From the NCBI GenBank assembly GCA_963666365.2, contig CAXXNF010000002.1, positions 1,056,001 through 1,120,000 of the forward strand: a DNA stretch of 64,000 bases. Reading direction: 5' to 3'. Source of the DNA: Syntrophales bacterium. Lineage in GTDB: Bacteria > Desulfobacterota > Syntrophia > Syntrophales > UBA2210. Positions 29,473 to 38,546 of this stretch are shown one piece after another; the stretch's first letter is position 1, and each line of letters begins with the position of its first letter. The notes beneath the pieces are model-generated. The model worked only from the letters and a program-made list of their open reading frames with translations. It searched no databases and was not told the DNA's origin. Position numbers and translations under genes: made by a program.

Positions 29473-30871
29473 TGACAAGTGTCAGGACATAGGTAACCCA
29501 GTCTTAAAAGTAAAAAGTGTCATGACATAGGTTACCCACGGCCACATCGCGTGCCTAATCTTTAGGCATTTGATAATCAAAAACGTGCACACATTCATCA
29601 CCCAAATATACCTGGATGCGATGAATCGCCGTTACAATAGCTGCTCTCACGTATGAGTACACAAGCTCTTTGGAAAGCTCAAATTTTTCACCAAAGATGT
29701 CGAGCATCCGGTCACTGCGGATAAACCTGACGATGTGAATCGTCCCGTCAGGAATCCCATTGATCTTCGGCAGCTTGGTATTGGCTCCCAAGGTCACGGG
29801 TACAAAATTTTCGTCTGATATCATCTCTTCGAGCGTCTTTCCTTTGAGACAACTGTATCGGTGATGCTTGTTGTGAAAGCGCTGAAAATGTTTGCTCTGC
29901 TCTTTCAATGCGCCGTAACTGGCAAACCATTGTCTGCGAAAGAACTTTTTGTTGTAGGTGTCGTTAAAATTTTCTACGACGCCATTGCGCCACGGTTCGC
30001 CGATCGGAATAAACACCGGCTGTACTCCGTAGTGTAAACACAGTTTCAGCACAATTCCCAATGAGCGAGGATAGCGGTTGCTCCCACGGAAACTGAGCGC
30101 ATTATCAAACTGTAGAAAATCCGGCAGTCCAAGCGTCTTCCAGACCCTCATCAGGTTGGACGCCACCTGGCCGTCCTCTTTCGTTCTTTGAGATTCTATA
30201 CGTACCTTGTGACTGTAAATGTCGATCACGTTCATGGAGTAAAATTTGCCGTCTCCTTTGATATAGCGCGGTCCGACAAGATCCATCTGGTGTATGTTGT
30301 TGCAGCAGAGCGCCTCCCGGAAGTACGGATATTCGACATCTTTGGGAACGTAGGCAGTTTTTTTTAACGAGACCTTCTTGCGTGATTATTCGGGTAATTG
30401 TTCTATCAGATGGAAATTCTACCCCCAGTTTCGTCATCTCCCATTTGATCGCCGATACGCCAATCTGAGCGTAACGTTCGGATTCCAAACGTTTTCTGAT
30501 GGATACAATAAGCTCTCGTTCTTCTTCCCTCGTCTTGGTCGGCGTGGTAAGCGGAGACCTGGATCTGTCTTTGTACCAATCCTTGTCTCCAGAGTGATAC
30601 CGCTTCAACCATTTGAAAAACCACTTTTTTGAGCGCTTGATCTCTCGGTAAATTGCCTTCGGCTCTTCTCCTCCTGTGACGTGACGAAGTATCGCTTGTT
30701 TTCTGAGCTCTTCCTCCATCATTCAGTTCCATCTCCTTTCTTGTTTTTAAAAGGAGATACAGTATATAAAAAATAATCGTTCAGGGTAACCTATGTCCTG
30801 ACACCAAAATCGGCTTTAAAAGTAACCCATGTCATGACACTTTTGGGTAACCTATGTTATGACCTTTGACA
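29473..30871 (-). mobile_element. IS481-like DDE insertion sequence, 1399 bp
   Basis: 6-bp TSD GGTAGT (29467-29472 and 30872-30877); TG...CA ends; multiple subterminal TGTCA(G/T)GACATAGGT(A/T)ACCC repeats. Confidence 0.9.
29555..30722 (-). CDS. DDE (integrase-core) transposase split across two frames at an A8 run
   Basis: HTH ORF 30722-30105 and catalytic ORF 30286-29555 (HQMD, QFDN, NGVVE) fuse if one A is skipped at 30358-30365. Confidence 0.85.
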
Positions 30872-31607
30872 GGTAGTGCCTGTATAATCGGCCAGTTCTT
30901 GACTAGAAATCGGAAAATCAATAAGGAGCTCATCGCCTGAACGTCTACCCGATTGTTTCATAATCCTGAGCAGGGATCGCGCAATCCTCCGCTCCACCTG
31001 CTCGGCATACAGTTCCAAATATCTGTTTTGGAGATCTTCTAAGCGATAGAGCGAGTTACGGAGCATATTGCGATGAACCTCGGGATGCTCAGCCATAAGA
31101 GCGCACATCGCCGCCTTGTCCCAGCCGACGACCCTGGTTGTGCTTACCGCTTCAGCCGTAACGGGGTATTCCCGGTCATGCAACACCGCAATCATTACCG
31201 TCAGTTCGCCGGGGCCAATATAGCGGATCAAGACCTCCTTGCCCTGTTCGTGGAGTTTCCCGAGCTTAAGCCGTCCTTCCAGCACGAAAAACAAGCGCCG
31301 TGCCTGATCGCCTTGACGGAAAAGCACCACACCGGATTTTAAATCGCGCACAGTCCCTCGATTAACGATCTGATCACCCTGCTCTCCGGAAAGGCCGCGT
31401 AAAAAATCTGCCCTGAGGCTATCCCCTGTATCGATGAAACCATTATGTTCCAAGAGTCCCTGTCCCACTGTGCTCGGCTTTTCACCGCCATTCGGATGGA
31501 CATTCAATATTTTCAGCTTGATATCGCTACAATACATGAAGCATCGGAGTCTTTGCAAGCACCAATTCCGATGAATTTTGCGACAGCATTTCTTAAGATC
31601 CGTTCAG

Positions 31608-31841
31608 CTAATATCCAGCGGCTACACTCACCAGTTCGTCCGGTGTGAACTGGTGGTCGGGATCTGTGGCAAGGACGCAAAGCGGATAATTTCTGCCCGC
31701 ATATGAGGGTGACACGCAGGGAGCCGGCATCGTGTCGTAATTGTCGACGTCATAGACCCCCGCAGTGTGAGAAAGGAGCTGCCTGATGGCAATGATGATA
31801 ATGACAACCGGAAGAATGTGTAAATATTTGCTGATACGCAT
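31608..31841 (-). CDS. Hypothetical small membrane-anchored protein or gene fragment
   Basis: 77-aa ORF with an N-terminal hydrophobic stretch; weak RBS. Confidence 0.35.
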   Translation of the reverse strand: MRISKYLHILPVVIIIIAIRQLLSHTAGVYDVDNYDTMPAPCVSPSYAGRNYPLCVLATDPDHQFTPDELVSVAAGY

Positions 31842-31929
31842 AGGACATCTTCTTAAACAGGATCATCGGCAGGTATTGTGGTGCGGGATCAGAACCTGCG
31901 CCTAACGCATATATCATACACCTGCTGCT

Positions 31930-32277
31930 TCATTCAGCATGTTCTCGTGGTAATTTTTTTTGTTTCACGGGCATTTCAGAATCTTCTTCATCTTCAGGAA
32001 CATATTTGCCCCAGAGTGGGTCATTGCCAAATTGCCGCCACCACCATCTGTCAAATTCGGTCCAGGGATCGAGCACGCCGAACTCTTCTTTCATTAAAAA
32101 CGCATAGGCCTTGTTTATATCCTGCATCGTAATATGGGCTTCCTGATCGGGATTGACGTCGGGATGCCATATTTTTGCGAGTTCCCGATATTTGGTCTTG
32201 GCGTCCTCGGCTGTAGCCCGTCTGGTGATACCTAATGTTTTCCTTGCCTTCTCTACTTTGAGATTCCGATTTTCCAC
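31930..32277 (-). CDS. Small J-domain (DnaJ-like) protein, copy 2
   Basis: HPD motif; 96 of 115 residues identical to copy 1 by manual count. Confidence 0.88.
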   Translation of the reverse strand: MENRNLKVEKARKTLGITRRATAEDAKTKYRELAKIWHPDVNPDQEAHITMQDINKAYAFLMKEEFGVLDPWTEFDRWWWRQFGNDPLWGKYVPEDEEDSEMPVKQKKLPREHAE

Positions 32278-32283
32278 GTTAAC

Positions 32284-32730
32284 TCATTTCTCTCTCAAAT
32301 CTTTTTTTTTACCAATAATGCTATATAAGGCCGCGTCATAAGGGTCGTTACTGGCAAAGATTTCATCACCGGTGACACCAAGCATGTAGTCCGACTGGAC
32401 GGTAAAGTATTCAGCAACCGCACGTTCTATTTGTTCCAAATCCTTATGCTGCATCAAGTTCATATAGGAATCGCGATTTTTTGATCGTTCTTTATAAAAT
32501 GCTGACTGGGGATTGAGCAGCATGACAATAATCTTTCCCGAAGGACGTAATGCCGCAGCCGATTTTTGTAGGGCTTGCCGGTAATCTTCTATAAATTGCA
32601 GTGACGCCACATAGATAACCGCGTCAAAGGAGGACTGCGGAAAGGACATATCCTCCGCCCGTCCAACAACGGTTCTTACTGTGTCGGGCGCGCACTTCAA
32701 GGCTTCCTGCGAAATGTCCAGCCCCGTCAC
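32284..32730 (-). pseudogene. Class I SAM-dependent methyltransferase, 5'-truncated
   Basis: Begins at motif II (TGLDIS) and has FDAVI and LRPSG motifs but lacks the glycine-rich motif I. Confidence 0.7.
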
Positions 32731-33005
32731 ATGAAATCCATTTTCGAATCGGTCGTGAAAATCTTCACTATCAGCCTTTCAAAATATTTTCTTTCATTTT
32801 TTTTGGCTACGCCTATAGCCTTCTTGCATGATACTCACCCAGGATTTCCACTGTAAAAAACCAGCAGCCCTGACATTTTTTTCGGACTTCTTTACCGTAC
32901 CTTGGTTTATTTTTTCTAAGGTCCCACATATAGAAGACGGGATATCATATGTCAAGATAAAAGCGACCTTCAAGAGGGTGTTAATATATTGAATATATTT
33001 ATTAT

Positions 33006-33051
33006 TTGTCGGGTCGGCAGGATTTGCACCTGCGACATCCTGCTCCCCAAA
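33006..33051 (-). repeat. Degenerate copy of the tRNA-Pro 3' half (att site)
   Basis: TTGTCGGGTCGGCAGGATTTGCACCTGCGACATCCTGCTCCCCAAA aligns with 34101-34145 with about four differences. Confidence 0.88.
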
Positions 33052-33239
33052 AAGTTGTCCTTAGGGACTTTTAACTTTATATCTATCTAAATACATTAAG
33101 TATTTCCGTTCACCTGGTTTTAAGTAGCTCCTATACATAGTGTGAATAATATCATATGCTTGTGCATACCTTCGTTTGCTGAGGGGAGAAATAGGGGAGA
33201 AAATATATCCAATTGATATAATTACTTACAGATTTCAGT

Positions 33240-33268
33240 TTGACAAATTATTCCCTGTAGGCTATATT
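33240..33268 (+). promoter_or_regulatory. sigma70 promoter of the toxin-antitoxin operon
   Basis: TTGACA-N17-TATATT, ending 6 nt before the toxin ATG. Confidence 0.75.
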
Positions 33269-33274
33269 CCTCTC

Positions 33275-33637
33275 ATGGCATGGAATGTTGAATACACAGA
33301 TGAATTCGCAGAATGGTGGGATACTCTGGAAGAAGATGAACAAATCGATGTCGATGCCGTTGTGGGACTGTTAGAAGAAAAGGGGCCACATCTTTCATAT
33401 CCTTACAGTTCCGATATCAAGGGAAGTAAATATGGTTCATTAAGAGAATTACGGATTCAGCATAAAGGAATGCCTTACAGAGTGCTATACGTCTTTGATT
33501 CTCGAAGAACGGCAATTCTTCTCATAGGAGGCAAAAAGACCGGTGATGATAGATGGTATGCCAGCTATGTTCCGATTGCAGAAAAAATCTATGAGGATCA
33601 CATTCAAGCGCTTAAGAAAGAGAAAGGAAACAAATAA
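33275..33637 (+). CDS. Type II toxin, RelE/HigB (Gp49-like) family
   Basis: MAWNVEYTDEFAEWW...LRELRIQHKGMPYRVLYVFD..RTAILLIGGKK; toxin-first gene order. Confidence 0.9.
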   Translation: MAWNVEYTDEFAEWWDTLEEDEQIDVDAVVGLLEEKGPHLSYPYSSDIKGSKYGSLRELRIQHKGMPYRVLYVFDSRRTAILLIGGKKTGDDRWYASYVPIAEKIYEDHIQALKKEKGNK

Positions 33638-33951
33638 TGGCAAAGCCATATAAGACATTAAGAGATAGGATGTCTCCCGAGGCAAGAAAAAAGGCTGCCG
33701 AAAAAACAAAGAACATGCTTGAAGTGATGCCGCTTCAGGAACTTCGCAATGCACGACACCTAAGTCAGGAACAATTGGCGAAAACATTGTCTGTCAAACA
33801 GTCTTCGGTATCGAAACTTGAACAGCGGACCGACATGTATATCAGTACGTTGAGGAACTTCATAAAAGCAATGGGTGGAGATTTGGAAATAATCGCCCGG
33901 TTCCCGGATGGAGAAATTCTGATTAATCAGTTTGAAGACATTGAAAAATAG
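33637..33951 (+). CDS. XRE-family HTH antitoxin (HigA-like)
   Basis: LQELRNARHLSQEQLAKTLSVKQSSVSKLEQRTDMYISTL; overlaps the toxin stop. Confidence 0.9.
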   Translation: MAKPYKTLRDRMSPEARKKAAEKTKNMLEVMPLQELRNARHLSQEQLAKTLSVKQSSVSKLEQRTDMYISTLRNFIKAMGGDLEIIARFPDGEILINQFEDIEK

Positions 33952-34100
33952 TCCGGGAAAATGAAATGATAATCTCCCCTTGCCCCTCTTTTTCAAAGAG
34001 AGGTATTACTGCAACTTTCCCCCAGGACTCCCGCACCAAATTCGCACCACTTTTCCGAGGCAAAATATTTTTATAAGTAATTAATATTATAATATAAAAC

Positions 34101-34177
34101 TGGTCGGGGCGGCAGGATTTGAACCTGCGACATCCTGCTCCCAAAGCAGGCGCGCTACCAGGCTGCGCTACGCCCCG
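34101..34177 (-). tRNA. tRNA-Pro(TGG)
   Basis: CGGGGCGTAGCGCAGCCTGGTAGCGCGCCTGCTTTGGGAGCAGGATGTCGCAGGTTCAAATCCTGCCGCCCCGACCA folds as a cloverleaf with anticodon TGG and encoded CCA. Confidence 0.97.
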
Positions 34178-34196
34178 ACAGGGTGCATCTAGTTGA

Positions 34197-34790
34197 TTAC
34201 AGGTCGGATTGCAAGCTTTTTTTCAGTTTTTCGAAGGCTTTTCCTCGATGGCTGATCTTGTTTTTTATGCGCGGATCAAGTTCGGCCACGGTCTTATTGC
34301 ACTCAGGCACCACAAAGACGGGATCGTAGCCGAAGCCCTCGGTACCTTGGGGGGTGAGATCGATATACCCTTCCAGGCTTCCCTCATATGATTTGTAATC
34401 TCCGTCGGGATTGTACAGGACGAGTACACATTTAAAGGCTGCGGTTCTCTTCTCTTTCGGAACGCCCGCAAGATCCATGAGCAGTTTTTCGATATTGCGT
34501 TCATCCGTCGCGTTCGGTCCGGAATAGCGTGCAGAATAGACCCCCGGCCGACCTTCGAGATAATCGACCGCCAGGCCGGAATCGTCGGCAATGGTCACAA
34601 AACCGGTGTATTCGGAGATAGTCCTGGCTTTTTTCAGAGCATTTTCGAAGAAACTGTCTCCGTCTTCAATGACATCGGGGGCATCAGGATAATCGTTCAT
34701 CGAGAGAAGATCGATACCGGCATTCTTAAGCAGCGCCTTGACTTCTCTTATTTTTCCTTTGTTTTTAGAGGCAAAAACAATCTTCTTCAG
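34197..34790 (-). CDS. rdgB: XTP/dITP diphosphatase (Ham1 family)
   Basis: [24 protein letters not shown] and KISHR motifs; the N-terminal [15 protein letters not shown] lies upstream of the first ATG, implying a CTG start at 34790. Confidence 0.93.
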   Translation of the reverse strand: MKKIVFASKNKGKIREVKALLKNAGIDLLSMNDYPDAPDVIEDGDSFFENALKKARTISEYTGFVTIADDSGLAVDYLEGRPGVYSARYSGPNATDERNIEKLLMDLAGVPKEKRTAAFKCVLVLYNPDGDYKSYEGSLEGYIDLTPQGTEGFGYDPVFVVPECNKTVAELDPRIKNKISHRGKAFEKLKKSLQSDL

Positions 34791-35512
34791 CGTAATTCTC
34801 CCAAAATTTCCCGCTGCCTGTCGATCAGTTCTTCGATTCCCTTCATTGCCAGATCGATCATCCTGTCCAGGATCTCTCTCTCGAAAGGTGTCTGCTCGGC
34901 CGTCCCCTGAATCTCGACTATCTTGCCCTCCCCTGTGATGACAAAATTCGCGTCGACCCCGGCCTGAGAATCTTCTTTGTAATCCAGATCGAGCAATATT
35001 TGGTTCTCCACTACCCCCACACTGACGGCGGCCACAAAATCCCTGAGGGGGTTTTTTTCGAGCCGCCCTTCCCTCAACAGACTCTTGAAAAGTTCCGCCA
35101 CCGCGATAAGTCCGCCTGTAATCGATGCCGTCCGCGTACCGCCGTCCGCCTGAATCACATCGCAGTCGACATAGACCGTTCGTTCTCCAAGGGCTTCAAG
35201 ATCGGTCACTGCGCGCAGCGATCGTCCGATGAGTCTCTGTATCTCAAGGGTACGCCCGCCCTGCTTGCCCCGTGCCGATTCGCGTGTATTTCTCGTGGGC
35301 GTCGACATGGGAAGCATCGAATACTCCGCCGTGAGCCAGCCTTGTCCGCTTTCCGCGAGAAAAGGAGGCACGCGGTCTTCGATCGAAGCGGCGCAGAGTA
35401 CCCTGGTGTTACCCATCTCGATCACTACCGATCCCGCCGTAGTAGTCAGAAAGCCGTTGGCAAGGGTCAGCGGCCTCAATTCATCGTGAGTTCTGTTATA
35501 TGATCGACTCAT
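34787..35512 (-). CDS. rph: Ribonuclease PH
   Basis: [29 protein letters not shown]. Confidence 0.97.
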   Translation of the reverse strand: MSRSYNRTHDELRPLTLANGFLTTTAGSVVIEMGNTRVLCAASIEDRVPPFLAESGQGWLTAEYSMLPMSTPTRNTRESARGKQGGRTLEIQRLIGRSLRAVTDLEALGERTVYVDCDVIQADGGTRTASITGGLIAVAELFKSLLREGRLEKNPLRDFVAAVSVGVVENQILLDLDYKEDSQAGVDANFVITGEGKIVEIQGTAEQTPFEREILDRMIDLAMKGIEELIDRQREILGELR

Positions 35513-36219
35513 AATGATCCCGCCGATGAAAAATATTCTTCGATGCTTTTGGAAATGGCTTTGGCGATGTCCTTTTGTGTATCTTTTTCCAACAGCATGT
35601 TGCGGTTTTTGACATTGGTGGCAAAGCCCAATTCAATCAACACTGCCGGCATTTGAATATCCTGCAGTACGGCAACGGGGGCGCCTCTCAGCCCTCGTCC
35701 CTGCCTGACAAAGACTTTTCCCAATTCCCTTTGCACAATGTTGGAAAAGCGAATGCTGTCGTTTAGACACTTGGTTTCAATCATGTCGTTCACGACATTC
35801 TTTGAGGTGTGCTTCTCCGACTTTGCCGAATCGAAACCCCTGAAATATACTTCGTATCCCAAAGATTTAGTTCCAAACCCCGCATTGACATGGAGACTGA
35901 CAAAAAGGTCGGCTTTTGCCGACTGCGCCGCCTTTTTTCGGTCTTTAACGGCAACCGAACGGTCATCTGACCGGGTCAGTACCACCTTTATTGCCTTTTG
36001 GGGGGAAAGAATTTCCTCTATCCTCTTTCCGATGGAGAGAACAACCATCGCCTCGGTGACACTTTTCGATAATTCAATGCCCTGTTCCTGTCCCCCATGG
36101 CCGGGATCTATCATAACGCAATATTCGGCGGCCCATGCCGAAAAGAAACTTCCCATCCCTAAAAGCCCGATAAGAATCACGAGCCCGGTCCACAGCAATA
36201 ATAGTTTTTCTCTGTTCAT
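35509..36219 (-). CDS. N-acetylmuramoyl-L-alanine amidase (Amidase_3)
   Basis: IDPGHGG, SLHVNA and PAVLIELGF motifs; signal peptide. Confidence 0.9.
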   Translation of the reverse strand: MNREKLLLLWTGLVILIGLLGMGSFFSAWAAEYCVMIDPGHGGQEQGIELSKSVTEAMVVLSIGKRIEEILSPQKAIKVVLTRSDDRSVAVKDRKKAAQSAKADLFVSLHVNAGFGTKSLGYEVYFRGFDSAKSEKHTSKNVVNDMIETKCLNDSIRFSNIVQRELGKVFVRQGRGLRGAPVAVLQDIQMPAVLIELGFATNVKNRNMLLEKDTQKDIAKAISKSIEEYFSSAGSL

Positions 36220-36316
36220 TGTGCCCTGTTTCATAAAAAATGGATTCAATCTCAAGGTGCGCTTAATACCGCACACACCTTCGTGCTGTCAATGTCTGCC
36301 CTGTGAAATTTTCTCT

Positions 36317-38503
36317 TTAATGTGCCCGCCGCCCCGCTTTTTCAAAAGGTTCCCGCAGTCTTTCAATGGAAAGAACGCTGTTGAGCTTCTTCAGCTGCGC
36401 CACAAGCCTGTTGTATTGATTCAGGTCACTTACATTTAACTGAAAGTCCAGATTTGCCCTGTTGTCAGGAAAGGTGTTTACGTCGGCATAGCTTATATTA
36501 ATACCGAGCGCGGATATCACATTGCTCAATTCAGCAAGAAGCCCCTTTTTGTCCTTGCATGCTATGCGAATATTCACGGGGTAGGTCTGCCCTACTTCAA
36601 CCTCCCACTTTACGTCCAGCATGCGATCGGGATCCATTCCCTTCACCTGAGGACAGCTCGCCTGATGTACGCTCACGCCCCTTCCCCGCGTGATATATCC
36701 CACAATGTCATCACCGGGGAGCGGGCTGCAGCATCTTGCAAATCGGACAAGCATGTCATCGACGCCCTTGACCGATATGCCGGCGCCGGAGGTTTTTTTA
36801 AACCTCTTCTTCAGTTTATCGAGGATGCCTGCTTCAACGTCTTCTTCATTTTCGCGCTCCTCTTCTTCGAAAACCTTATTGAGCACATAGTGCGCCGACA
36901 TTTTGCCGTAGCCGATAAGGGCAAGCAGATCATCCAGCGTCGACAGTGACTGATCTTCCAGCAGGAGCTTGAATCCTTCCGATTTTACCACCTTGTTGAG
37001 CGCTATACGTCGTTTTTTCAGCTCCCGCTCGAAAATATCCCTGCCAAGTGCAACGCTGCGTTCTTTTTCTTCTGTTTTGATCCACTGCTTTATCTTTGAG
37101 ATCGCCCTGGAGGTAACGGCATACTTCAGCCAGTCTTTACTGGGAAAATGACCGGGTTGCGTCATAATCTGTATGGTGTCGCCGTTTTGCAGCTGATATT
37201 TCAGGGGCACAATGGCCCTGTTTACCTTGGCGCCCACGCACCTGTTTCCCACATCTGTATGAATACTGTAGGCAAAATCGATGGGGGTCGCCCCTTTCGG
37301 AAAAGATTTGACGTCTCCCGTCGGGGTAAATACGTAGACCTCGTCGGGATAGAGGGCGAGTTTAAGGTTTCTCATAAACTCGCGGGCATCTTTATATTCC
37401 TGCTGTGCGTCCAGTAATTCCCTCAGTTGCTGTATCTGCCTGTCTTCATCCTGCGAATAAGGTTCCCCCTCTTTGTAGCGCCAGTGGGCGGCGATGCCGT
37501 TTTCCGCCCATCCGTCCATCTCTTTTGTACGTATCTGGATTTCTACGCGTTCTCCATAGGGACCGATCACCGTGGTATGAAGTGACCGGTAGTTGTTCGC
37601 CTTGGGCATGGCAATGTAATCTTTGAATCTCCCGGGCACCGGTTTCCACAGCGCGTGTACCACGCTGAGCGCCTCATAGCACCCCCTCTCCTTGTCCGTA
37701 TCGAGGATGATTCGAAAGGCGCTGAGATCATAGACTTCGTCAAAATTGATGTGCTGTTCACGCATTTTTTTATAGATGCTGTAAAAATGCTTCGCCCTTC
37801 CCTTGACGGTGCCTTTCAGGCCATATTCTGACATCCTTTTTCGAATGATATCTATAACCTCTTTCGTGTAGGTTTCGCGCTCTGTCTTTTTCTTTGCGAC
37901 GCGATCGATCAGATCGTTATATCCTTCAGGGTGGAGATATTTGAAAGCCAGGTCTTCCAGCTCGATCTTTATCCAGTTGATTCCAAGGCGACTTGCCAGA
38001 GGTGCATATACTTCAAGCGTTTCCCGCGAAATGTAGACCTGTTTTTCCTGTGTGTGATATTCAAGTGTGCGCATGTTGTGCATGCGGTCAGCAAGCCTTA
38101 CCAGCAGAATACGTATATCGGCCGACATGGCCATAATCATTTTTCTGAAATTTTCCGCCTGCTGTTCGACTTGACTTTCAAACACAATCTTACTTAATTT
38201 TGTCAGCCCATCGACAAGGAAGGCCACCTCCTTGCCGAAAAACTCTTCGATCTGTTCCAGGGACGTCAGCGTATCTTCCACCGTGTCATGAAGGAGCCCC
38301 GTGATAATGGTGGCAACATCAAGCCTCATCTTTACCAGTGTCCAGGTGACTTCCAGCGGATGAATCAGGTAGGGCTCTCCGGACAAACGCACCTGACCCT
38401 GGTGAACCGATGCGGAAAAGATGTAGGCCTTCTCTATCATCTCCACTTCAGCCTGGGGGATGTATTTCTGGGCTTCATCGATTATGTCCGTTATTCGTAT
38501 CAT
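36317..38503 (-). CDS. spoT: Bifunctional (p)ppGpp synthetase/hydrolase (RelA/SpoT)
   Basis: LHDTVED HD motif, YRSLHT, EIQIRT, TGS and ACT domains. Confidence 0.95.
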   Translation of the reverse strand: MIRITDIIDEAQKYIPQAEVEMIEKAYIFSASVHQGQVRLSGEPYLIHPLEVTWTLVKMRLDVATIITGLLHDTVEDTLTSLEQIEEFFGKEVAFLVDGLTKLSKIVFESQVEQQAENFRKMIMAMSADIRILLVRLADRMHNMRTLEYHTQEKQVYISRETLEVYAPLASRLGINWIKIELEDLAFKYLHPEGYNDLIDRVAKKKTERETYTKEVIDIIRKRMSEYGLKGTVKGRAKHFYSIYKKMREQHINFDEVYDLSAFRIILDTDKERGCYEALSVVHALWKPVPGRFKDYIAMPKANNYRSLHTTVIGPYGERVEIQIRTKEMDGWAENGIAAHWRYKEGEPYSQDEDRQIQQLRELLDAQQEYKDAREFMRNLKLALYPDEVYVFTPTGDVKSFPKGATPIDFAYSIHTDVGNRCVGAKVNRAIVPLKYQLQNGDTIQIMTQPGHFPSKDWLKYAVTSRAISKIKQWIKTEEKERSVALGRDIFERELKKRRIALNKVVKSEGFKLLLEDQSLSTLDDLLALIGYGKMSAHYVLNKVFEEEERENEEDVEAGILDKLKKRFKKTSGAGISVKGVDDMLVRFARCCSPLPGDDIVGYITRGRGVSVHQASCPQVKGMDPDRMLDVKWEVEVGQTYPVNIRIACKDKKGLLAELSNVISALGINISYADVNTFPDNRANLDFQLNVSDLNQYNRLVAQLKKLNSVLSIERLREPFEKAGRRAH

Positions 38504-38546
38504 ACACCGTCGTCCTTACGACTGCGGCGACAATAGTGCGGCTCAA

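Larger units (their letters stand above)
29347..31558 (-). pseudogene. NnrR-like CRP/FNR regulator interrupted by an IS
   Basis: Removing the IS and one TSD restores ...ELADYTGTT-LYTVSRTLSAWEKKGWV...LENL*; cNMP-like N-domain. Start uncertain. Confidence 0.88.

Noticed and set aside
29480..30860. Repeated 20-mers resembling a CRISPR array
   Set aside because: Only two and three copies, inverted between the ends, irregularly spaced and bounded by a TSD; they are IS end repeats. No cas genes in the window.
31590..31910. Possible integron cassette (GTTAGGC upstream of the 77-aa ORF)
   Set aside because: No matching RYYYAAC or foldable attC found downstream and no IntI nearby; a single 7-mer is insufficient.
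32780..32930. Short minus-strand ORF MWDLRKNKPRY... as a transposase remnant
   Set aside because: Too short and degenerate to support by eye.
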